Source: Mustelus asterias (taxonomy: Eukaryota). Taken from it: 64,000 bases of DNA. Where the stretch lies: assembly GCF_964213995.1 (NCBI RefSeq), contig NC_135816.1:11036001-11100000 (forward strand), in the 5' to 3' direction. The notes beneath the pieces are model-generated. The model ran no database searches, was not told the DNA's origin, and saw nothing but the letters and a program-made list of their open reading frames with translations. Shown piece by piece: positions 13,101 to 21,157 of this stretch. A program made the position numbers and the translations under genes. Each line of letters starts with the position of its first letter. Position 1 is the first letter of the stretch.

Positions 13101-16100
13101 AGGATGCACTACAGAGGGTGGCGATGACCTAGTGGTATTATCACTAGACTATTAATCTAGAAACTCAACTGATGTTCTGGGGACCTGGATTCGAATTTTG
13201 TCACGGCGGATGTTAGAATTTGAATCAATAAAAAATATCTGGAATTGAGAATCTACTGATTGTCGATTGTCGGAAAAAACCATCAGGTTCATTAATGTCC
13301 TTCAGGGAAGGAAATCTGCTGTCCTTAACCGGTCTGGCCTACATGTGACTCCAGAGCCACAGCACCGTGGTTGACTCCTAACTGCCCCTTGGGCAACTAG
13401 GGATGGGCAATAAATGGCCAGCCAGCGACGCCCGTGTCCCACGAATGAATAAAAAAAAAAGATCCACAGTCATAGAGGATGATGGGTATAGTGCGCAAAC
13501 CACATCGGCACCAACTTGCTCTGGAGAATTGGTGCCAAGTGCATCATTGTAATGTTATATTAAACTGCTGCATTATTTGTGTCTGCGACAGGGAGAATGA
13601 TTTATTCAAGCATTGTGATGAAACCAATGATGGCTAACCTGCCAGATGAAATCAAGCCGAAGGAGGCCAAATCTCCCAATGTCATTCCTGCATTGAAGGG
13701 TAACTATGGCAACTAATGTTTAATCCGTGGCGAATGCGGGGATTGGAAAGGACCAGTGTGGTTCAGCGTTTGGGTGTCAGTGTAACGGTGAGACTAGCCC
13801 TCCCTTTCCCCCACCCCATACGCAGAGCAAAGATTCGATCTGGGTTAGGGATGGTGTCTTCAGGCTGTTCACTCACATTGCTCAGAACAGCAGAACCAGC
13901 TCAAAGCAATAAAATTCAGAAGTGGTTTTGAGACATGCGGGCCGGAATTTTACTGGCTTGCCCACTCCAGAATCGGGGCGCAGAACCGGGCATTCTCTGT
14001 TGGCCTCGGGCGGGATCTTACGAGCCTCGGGTGGGCGAGGCGGTAAAATTCCGGCAGCTGGGTGGGATCTCCCCCCTCCCGCCCCCAATGCTGGTGGTAG
14101 GGTCACAGGCAGGGGTGGGAAATTTGGAGGGATGCCCGTCTTTTAACGGCCCTGCAAATTTTCTCGTCCCGCCCACGACGATGCCCCACCTGTGCCAGGA
14201 CTGGAAAGTTCTGCTGGATGTCTGGTGAGTGTAATGTGCTCCGAAGAATGGGTAATTTTGGATCTGGGGTTCCCCAAGTTCTCCGCTACTGGGGTTTTTC
14301 CTCATCTCCTGCCTGGGCCTGTTGTAAACTCAGTGGCACCATTTGTGACACAATAAGTTCTGACTCATTGATCACCATGATTAGTGAGAAACGCGTGCAA
14401 ATGGGGAGTGGGGGCTCAAGCCAAAGAGCCTTAGCCATAGCATGTGTACAGGCTGGGTTCACCAGAATGATTCTGGGGATACGTCAATGTTATGAGGACA
14501 GACCTGAATTATTGGGAATATTTGCACTGGAGTAGAGAAGAATTCATTGAGGTTTGTAAATGTCTGATGTGCCTTTGATTAGGGAATTGATTAAAGGGAA
14601 AGGTTGTTTCCCCTTGTGGGAGAGTCCAGAACCAGAGGACACAATCTTAGAGTAAGGGGGTCACACACTTAAGACGGGGATGAGGAGGTATTTCTTCTCT
14701 CAAGAGGGGAGTGAATCTGTGGAATTCTTTACCGCAGAAGGCTGTAGAGGCTGGGTCATAGGATCATAGAATCCTACAGGAGGCCATTCAGCCCATCGAG
14801 TCTGCACCGACCACAGTCCCACCCAGGCCTTATCCCCAAACCCCATGCATTTACCCCAGCTAGCCTCCCTGACATTTAGGGTCAATTTAGCATGGCCAAT
14901 CCACCTGATCCGCACATCTTTGGACTGTGGGAAGAAACTGGAGCACCCGGAGGAAACACATGCAGACACGGGGGAGAATGTGCACACTCCGCACAGACAG
15001 TGACCCAAGGCGGGAATCGAACCCGGGTCCCATCGTTAAGTATGTTCAAGGCTGAGATAGACAGATTTTTAATCAGTAAGGGAATCGAGGGTCATGGAGA
15101 TAAGGCAGGAAAGTGGAGTTGAGGATTATCATATCAGATCATGATTCCATTGAGAGGTGGAACAGACTCAATAGGTCGAAGGGCCTACTTCTGCTCCTAC
15201 GACTTATGACCTTATGGATGCATAGAGTTTAGAAGAAACATCTCCACACTGGCTGGGAACTTGTGCCACGGGGAGTTACTGAGGCAGGAACTGGCTATTG
15301 AATGGAAAACTAGTGAAAGCCTTGATTCAGAAAGTACAAGGTGAAAACCCGTCTGTGGGATTAGGGTTGGATTGATCTTGAGAAAAGGAGACAGACAAGA
15401 TGTGTTGAAAGACCTCCTTCTGTGCTTAAAGGACAAGGTTCAACCATGGGATTCTAAGGTCACAGAGCCAAGCTGAAACCAATCGGCACAAAAAGAACTG
15501 AGCCATTATTGACAATTATTTGCTCACTCAAAGAAGTGGACCCAGTTCTGACCACACACATTTCACAAAACACAAAGACAAAGAAAGTCAACTTGAGAGA
15601 CAAAACCAACAGTTATCTTTTCTGGGGAGGTATTATGATTGATTCTCGGGATGTGGGCATTGTGGGCGAGAGCTACGTTCATCGGTAAAGGGGATGGTGG
15701 AAGTTCTTCTTTGAAGTCCTCCTCTCTGTGGGATATTCCTTGAAGAAACTCAGGGCCCTGATGGGCAACTTCTGAGGACAGTCAACAGTCGACCATGGTG
15801 GTGTGGGACTGGAGTCACATTTAGGCTCATATCAGGTAAGGACAGCAGGATTCTTTGCTAAACGGATATTAGTGAACTAGTTGGGTTCGCATGACAACAG
15901 CTCCTTACTCACTTTTACTGATATCAATATTTCATTTCAGTATCTATTTTTGAACTGAACTCCAACATTCACCTCACAACTCGCAACCCTATGCACTTAG
16001 CATGGCCCATCCATCTAACCTACACAACTTCGGACACTAAGGGACAATTTAGCATGGCCCATCCATCTAACCTACACAACTTCGGACACTAAGGGACAAT

Positions 16101-19083
16101 TTAGCATGGTGCATCCACCTAACCTATACATCTTTGGACACTAAGGGGCAATTTAGCATGGCCAATCCACCTAACCTACAGCCTTTTGGACACTAAGGGG
16201 CAATTTAGCATGGCTAATCCATCTAACTTATACATCTTTGGACACTAAGAGGCAATTTAGCATGGCCAATCCACCTAACCTGCATACTTTTGGACACTAA
16301 TGGGCAATTTAGCATGGCCAATCCACCTAACCTACAGCCTTTTGGACACTAAGGGGCAATTTAGCATGGCTAATCCATCTAACTTATACATCTTTGGACA
16401 CTAAGAGGCAATTTAGCATGGCCAATCCACCTAACCTACATACTTTGGACACCAATGGGCATTTCACCAGGGCCAATCCACCTAACCTGAATATCTTTGG
16501 ACCGTAACCCCATGCTTAGGTTCCATCTTATCCCAGAGCTCCGAGACTGCCCCCATGGAATATCAACATTGCTGAGTTCAAAACTGATCTGCTTATTCCA
16601 CACGGGATCACATTCCATAGGAACTCAAGCACAAGATCAGGAATGTTCTAGAATGCTGAGCTTTGAGTGTAGGTTTTCACCTACACATCTTCTCAAGAAA
16701 GGACTCTTAAGTTCTTTTGTTATGCCATTGGAGACTTGTCCAGTGTCCCCTTCACCTTCGTAGAAGCATTACAGTGCAGCAGGAGGCCATTCGGTCCATC
16801 GAGTCTGCACCGATGTTAGGGCGATGGGCCGATGTTAGTCTTTGCTGTGGATGTTAGGATACTGACCCCTCGTTCCCGGTCCCTCAGGATATCCTGATCC
16901 CCTCTCTTACCGGAAAACGTGCAGTCAGCAGAGTTACAAATCCCAACTCCAGAGACGTCTCCCAATCATGTGTGCTTTGAATGGGGAGTTAGAGGCATCA
17001 GTTTTAATGAGGGGGGGAAGCAACAACAGTAATGTGCATTGATATAGCACCTTTAATACAATAAAATATCCCAACCTACTTCACAGGGGTGATGGGCACC
17101 AAGCCACATAAAGGGACACCAGGATAAGCTTGATCAGAAAGTTAACTTTAAAGAAACAGTGAGCTAGGGAGGCAGACAGGGTTATGGAGGAAATTCCAGA
17201 GCCGATGGCCTAGGCAACTGAAGGAACCACTACCAATGGTGCAATTAGAATCAAGAATGCGCAGGAGGTTAGAAAGAGAGGAATGCCGAGACCCCGGAGG
17301 CTTGTAGGGCTGGAGGAGGTGACAGAGATAGGGAAGAAGGAAGAGGCCCATGGAGGAATTTGGGGAAGGAACTGCAAGCAAAGGACCTTGGGGTGTGAAG
17401 AACATCATTCTGATGTCAAACATTGCCTTCCCTCGTCCAGTGCTCAAAGCCGACACCGAGTGTGAGAGACGCCGCAAGCAAGCCGACTTGAAGCCTGGAG
17501 TCTTCCGCCCTAAATGTGATGAGGAGGGCAACTATGAGGTGAAGCAGTGTTGGCCCAGCACGGGGTTCTGTTGGTGCACTTACCCGAATGGAACTCAGAT
17601 CGCAGGAACAGCCAGCCGTCACCAATTAGACTGCAAACGTATGTTTTAGTTTTCTTGCTCTTGGTGTGATTAACAAGTCTCCCATTTCAGAGTAGCTGAT
17701 GCCCACGTGTAGCAAGACCTGGACAATGTTCAGGTTTGGCTGGCTACTGAGGAAATCACTCCATACAAGTGCCCGGCAATGACCATCTCCAGCAAGAGAG
17801 AGAATCTAACCATCTCCTCTTGACATTCGCTGCTATTACTGTTGTGGAATCCCCCGTGTCTCTGAATTACACTAACATTGTCCAGCATTCTGTAATCCTG
17901 CAAAGCAGGCGAGCCTGCAGAGGTTCAAGGCTAGAGCCACTACCCACCTGTGCTACGGATCGCGCTATCATTTGCCCTCTAGATAAGGAAGGTCTGTTGC
18001 ACGTGGTACATGCTCTACCCAAAGAACTTAACAAAGCAAGAAATGAAGAAAGACCTAATGTATTACCCCTACCAATCTCAAAGCCCGTGTACAGGCTATA
18101 ATAAACTCTACGTATCCATTCGTTATCCTCTCACCGCCTATGTGCCCTCCACCCTACCACGGGTTCTCCCCACCCAGCTATGTCCTGAGGGAAAATTCAA
18201 TATAAATGTTCCCTGATGCCAAAAGGTCATTCAGCCCAATGGGTCCGTGGGGTATTTATGTTCTTGACCAACTACCCACCTCCTCCTCTTTACACTCAAT
18301 CTCATCCAAAACCTTGCTGCCCGTTAGCTCCCAAAGAAACAATGCCTCCTTTTCAAAACTCACATCCCAGTCTATGCAACCCATCCTTGTAATTTTAACC
18401 CTGTAAAGTGGGGATGGGGGGAACGTTAGCAGGTAAAGAAAGGGGTGTGTTTTGCTCACTATTTACGGTAATGTTGTTAATGCACCCACCATGGTTTTTT
18501 AACTTTGCCTTTGATGGAAATTGCAGACAGAGTCCCAATTGAACCTCTAAGTTTCTGTCATCTGTGCCTCAATGAGTTAACGCTCTTGTTTCTGAATCGG
18601 AAGGTTGTGGGTTCCACAAACTCAGACTTGAGCACAATCTCCAGGCTGACACTCAGGGGCTTGTCTTGGGTCATTGCCTGTGTGGAGTCTGTGTGTCTGC
18701 GTGGGTTTCCTCCGGGTGCTCCGGTTTCCTCCCACAGTCCAAAGGTGTGTGGTTTAGGTTGATTGGCCATGATAAATTGCCCCTTAGTGTCAGGGAAATT
18801 AGCAGGGTAAATATTTGAGGTTACGGGGATAGCGCCTGGGTGGGATTGTTGTCGGGGCAGGCTCGATGGGCTGAATGGCCTCCTTCTGCACTGTGGGTAT
18901 TCTATGATTCTATAGCCAGTGATGCCTATGTTCTATGAAAGATTTTAAAAAATAAATCTACACAAATTGTTTACATACAGAAACCAGAGGAAAGCAACAT
19001 TTAAAAAAATTGTTGAAATTTCAAAATTTTGTATTAATTGTCAAGCTGATGTGAACTCTTTCTCTTTGATTGCAGCGCACTAA
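979..19083 (+). CDS. CD74: CD74 / MHC class II invariant chain, multi-exon gene, 5'-partial (exon 1 upstream of window); join 979-1157,3883-3965,6844-6906,8343-8438,10099-10207,13592-13699,17441-17638,19076-19083
   Basis: Exons join in one open frame with GT-AG introns: SSTCSRSLLWGGVTVLAAMLIAGQVVSVMFLLKQQ...PVKPKQIMHLRPMMMDMP...TLLEQVQELLKKENTSKAIPEFNSSFSANIDLLRESMTESEWQDFETWLRNWLLFQLIQ...ECERRRKQADLKPGVFRPKCDEEGNYEVKQCWPSTGFCWCTYPNG. Domain order (type II TM with AGQ, CLIP, trimerisation domain, thyroglobulin type-1) and intron phases match vertebrate CD74. Confidence 0.95.
1530..1864 (-). mobile_element. HE1/V-type tRNA-derived SINE, tail type B
   Basis: Head ggcacagtggttagcactgctgcctcacag...ggttcaattcc (A and B boxes), core gggtttcctccgggtgctccggtttcctcccac, tail ...gtaagcccacttgtgacactaat. 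Small internal tandem duplication at about 1630-1680. Confidence 0.85.
1869..2020 (+). mobile_element. Partial HE1/V-type SINE, inverted relative to the adjacent copy
   Basis: B box plus core, running to ccgtgctaaattgcccctta. Confidence 0.8.
3883..3965 (+). CDS. CD74: CD74 exon 3 (CLIP)
   Basis: ttatctcttcag acceptor, aag|gtaact donor, phase 1-0. Encodes (K)PKQIMHLRPMMMDMPISYIDPDNEGPK, a Met/Pro-rich CLIP-like segment. Confidence 0.9.
4018..4409 (+). mobile_element. CR1/HER1-type LINE 3' fragment
   Basis: ERRRLRGDLIEVYKIM and FFTQRVVGAWNSLP C-terminal ORF2 motifs, plus gggccgaagggcctgtt 3' tail. Confidence 0.9.
5710..5996 (+). mobile_element. Penelope-like element terminal repeat (pLTR) fragment
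   Basis: Ends in a hammerhead motif followed by ccaaataaacctgttggactttaacctggtgttgt, which is shared with the 36.8-kb copies. Confidence 0.65.
5922..5958 (+). ncRNA. Minimal type I hammerhead ribozyme motif
   Basis: tcac / CTGATGA / a / ggagc-aac-gctcc / GAAA / gc / TC / gtga: stem I tcac:gtga, 5-bp stem II, palindromic agct in place of stem III, UC cleavage site. Confidence 0.8.
6319..6624 (-). mobile_element. HE1/V-type SINE, tail type A (CR1-like tail)
   Basis: Head and core as in the other copies; tail gatgggccaaatggcctccttct...attctatga. Confidence 0.85.
6844..6906 (+). CDS. CD74: CD74 exon 4
   Basis: Long pyrimidine tract plus cag, donor aag|gtagga, 63 nt, phase 0-0. APKPTPAKPLTLLEQVQELLK resembles the first trimerisation helix (human MTEDHVMHLLQ). 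Not visible in the ORF track in this frame. Confidence 0.85.
7525..7895 (-). mobile_element. Second tRNA-derived SINE family (type C)
   Basis: Reverse complement reads ggcctagtggtatt...gggttcgaatcc...ccatctggttcactaatgtcctttagggaaggaaatctgcc...ggacaataaatgctgg; further copies at 11.96, 13.1, 24.1 and 30.5 kb. Confidence 0.75.
8343..8438 (+). CDS. CD74: CD74 exon 5 (trimerisation domain)
   Basis: 96 nt, phase 0-0, donor cag|gttagt. KENTSKAIPEFNSSFSANIDLLRESMTESEWQ aligns with human [32 protein letters not shown]. Two N-glycosylation sequons (NTS, NSS). Confidence 0.92.
8647..9312 (+). mobile_element. Two CR1-type LINE 3' fragments (about 8647-8876 and 8965-9312)
   Basis: gtgaatctgtggaa / gagatgaggagaaatttcttcac motifs and cagccatgat...gggccga..ggccta tails. 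Confidence 0.75.
9516..9828 (+). mobile_element. HE1/V-type SINE, tail A, full length
   Basis: Runs from ggggcggcacgg to ...gaattctatga. Confidence 0.88.
10099..10207 (+). CDS. CD74: CD74 exon 6 (trimerisation domain C-terminal helix and Pro-rich linker)
   Basis: ttttgtttacag acceptor, g|gtatgt donor, phase 0-1. DFETWLRNWLLFQLIQ matches the FESWMHHWLLFEM motif. Confidence 0.93.
10235..10660 (+). mobile_element. LINE 3' fragment whose tail resembles that of the type C SINE
   Basis: ccatctacaagatgcactgcagcaactcacc...caccaccaccttctcaagggcaa; related copy on the minus strand at 37.6-38.2 kb. Confidence 0.65.
10853..11614 (+). mobile_element. Two HE1/V-type SINEs, tail A (about 10853-11079 partial, 11296-11614)
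   Basis: Core and tail motifs shared with the other copies. Confidence 0.85.
11960..12563 (+). mobile_element. Type C SINE interrupted by a minus-strand V-type SINE, tail B (about 12147-12407)
   Basis: The type C consensus ggttcactaa|tgtcctttag is split by the inserted element. Confidence 0.8.
13115..13460 (+). mobile_element. Type C SINE, full length
   Basis: From cctagtggtattatcactagact to gaatgaataaaaaaaaaa. Confidence 0.8.
13592..13699 (+). CDS. CD74: CD74 additional linker exon encoding a second CLIP-like peptide
   Basis: cattatttgtgtctgcgacag acceptor, aagg|gtaact donor, 108 nt, symmetric phase 1-1, open in the required frame: (G)RMIYSSIVMKPMMANLPDEIKPKEAKSPNVIPALK. Unique sequence between repeats. 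Confidence 0.75.
14450..15216 (+). mobile_element. CR1 3' fragment interrupted by a minus-strand V-type SINE (about 14757-15030)
   Basis: CR1 text gaggctgggtc...ttaagtatgttcaagg is split by the SINE. Confidence 0.75.
15998..16502. repeat. About 52-bp minisatellite, 9-10 copies, derived from a V-type SINE internal segment (minus orientation)
   Basis: Unit ttagcatggccaatccacctaacctacacatctttggacactaaggggcaat is a circular permutation of the SINE segment between core and tail. Confidence 0.92.
17441..17638 (+). CDS. CD74: CD74 thyroglobulin type-1 exon (p41-type cassette)
   Basis: ccttccctcgtccag acceptor, c|gtatgt donor, 198 nt, phase 1-1. Six Cys with FRPKCDEEGNY, QC and CWC-x-x-PNG motifs. 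Confidence 0.95.
18659..18914 (+). mobile_element. HE1/V-type SINE, tail A, 5'-truncated
   Basis: Core and tail motifs. Confidence 0.85.
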
Positions 19084-21157
19084 GGGTGAGGATGGACTCA
19101 TGATGGAGGGTCAAACTCATCCTGATTGGCTTCGCTCCACAATTAAATCATACATTAATTGCAACTACTGATTTCTATTAACCTTGGGTATGATTGTTAA
19201 CCATTGAGAGCTGGCTCCTTATCTGACTATCATAATTTCCTTCTCTTGTGTTAAAGATTTGTCTTCACTGATTTTGTTTTATATAAATATAGTAGATCAC
19301 CCTGATCTTTGACACGATTCATTTTGCTCCCCCCCCCCCAAAAAAAGAATTGAATTTCCACAGAGATGTTCTGATCCCATTCCCGAGGGGGACTTGGCAA
19401 AACGCAGCCGTGTCCGGCATTCCTCTCCAAGATCCGTTCCTGGGTCTCCCACCAGAGTTGTGACAGGGGACAGTGGGGAGTGGGGACTGGGGGTGTGGGG
19501 GAACAACATCTCCTCAATTCCAGGCCCTTCCTTAAAAAAAAATCTGCATTTTCAAACTTGTAAACATTGAGACACGAGGAGACGTGAAGAGTAAAATGCC
19601 ACACAGGTCTGATTCAATCCTAGGAATCCCAAAGGAATGTAGACTGGGACAGGGTATCATGAGTAACTGGACACCAGAACACTGCATTGAATGGTAGAGT
19701 TCTGAAAATTCACAACATCCAAAAGGGAACCAAATTAGGGCAATGGTTTGAGATTGGGACCCTTCTTTGTGTCCCATGATGTCTCCCACTTGTTATATAA
19801 ACCTGCCCTTCTCTCTTAGATACTGACCTATCCATTAGCCACACACCCCATCTTGATTTGAACCTATAACCTCCGTTTGTTCATTAATACTGGGTCATGA
19901 TCCTAGAACTCTGGCCACACCCTCTCTCCCCCTCCCCTCTCACCATCCCCCCCACCACCCACTCTCACCCCCCCCCCCCCCCCCCCCCCACCCTCCACAC
20001 ACCCCTTGTCTCTCTGCGTTCCACCCCGCCTACTGCAGGCTGCAAGGAGCATCACTCCACAAGCTAAAACAATTTCAGAAGAAGGCCCACACCATCTTCT
20101 CAAAGGTCAACGAGGGATGCTCAATGTATGTTGGCCTGGCTAGCATTGGCCACATTCAGAAGCAGAAGTAGATAAATTGGGTTAAAAATTGTTCCTTTGC
20201 AATTTGTTTTTAGATGTCAAGTGATTTTGTTCCCATCCCCATATTTTGAGGTTCGAGATTTGAGCCAGTTATAGTGTTACCAGTTTATTTTCCTAAAACA
20301 CCACACCTTACAGAAGCATCACATTACAGCTGTATTCTTGGCTATTGATTAATTTGTTTGAAGCTAGTTTTGCCTATAATCAACTTATGAGAAAATGACA
20401 TTGCTTCCTGATCATTTTTATTTGTTACGGAATGGCGATTGCTGACTGTAGATGGGGAAAATCTTTTCGCAATAAAGGGAGGGAATTTTATCCTTGTGTT
20501 TTATTTTGGACAATGGAAGTGACCAATGTGTGACTGACAGAAATATAAAAGGTTTGCCCGGTTCATGGGGCCTAGCAATGAGGCCTCAATCCAATAACAA
20601 CTCCTTGTATTATGAGCAGTGAATGGGAAAGCTTCATTGCAGGGTTGCCAAAGCTCCGGGGCTGTCCTGGAACCTACAAAAATTAAAGATTAATCACCAG
20701 GACATTTCTAGAGGAGAAAATCTATGGCCACATTTCAAAAATGTTCGGTGTGTCTTTTTTTGTTATTGGCTAAATTGGAAAAGGGATAACAAGTCTGTTT
20801 GCAAGCATCAACTAATCTGCTAGCTATGAGACGGGTTTACTATTGGGAGGTGGGGAATGGACAGGTTGGACAACCAATGATGGGACTGTGTGGGCAGAGG
20901 AGGGAGGTCACACAACACAACCTGCCGGAATATGTCCAACCAGAGTTGGGAACCCAAGTCTAGAGTGGAATTTTCCCGTCCTGCCCGCCAGGGGAATTGT
21001 AGCGGACGGGACACAGACCATGCAAAGGTCCATTGACCTCGGGCAGGATTTTTGGCCTTCGGGTGAGCGCGGCTGGAAAATCCCGCCCAAGTGTCTGTCT
21101 TTTTATTGCAGTTCTTTCACACACACAAAGTTAAAAACATCTATTCTCTGAAAATAA
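19076..21157 (+). other. CD74: Probable CD74 terminal exon (PH-stop at 19081-19083) and 3' UTR; end uncertain
   Basis: Strong acceptor gaactctttctctttgattgcag with branch-like gctgat upstream, followed by repeat-poor AT-rich sequence. Candidate AATAAA near 20471 and 21153. No transcript evidence. Confidence 0.45.
20962..21090. mobile_element. Short MITE-like element with imperfect terminal inverted repeats; relatives at about 4441-4560, 7395-7522, 13938-14210, 29455-29590, 37134-37282
   Basis: Ends gtggaattttccc ... ggaaaatcccgccc; shared internal ccatgcaaagg/cattgacctcg motifs. Superfamily not determined. Confidence 0.5.

Noticed and set aside
18505-18762. ORF after a ttgcag acceptor at 18526 as a possible CD74 exon
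   Set aside because: Runs into SINE-derived sequence, has no good donor and no CD74 similarity.
19088-19130. Y-box CTGATTGG suggesting an MHC II S-X-Y module (also an X-like cctagcaa at about 20571)
   Set aside because: No X box at the required spacing of about 20 bp upstream of the Y box, and no correctly oriented Y box after the X-like motif.
19920-20005. Long C-rich tract (G-quadruplex on the minus strand); similar runs at about 5340, 38780 and 43360
   Set aside because: Homopolymer runs are frequent across the window and error-prone in sequencing; nothing points to a specific function.
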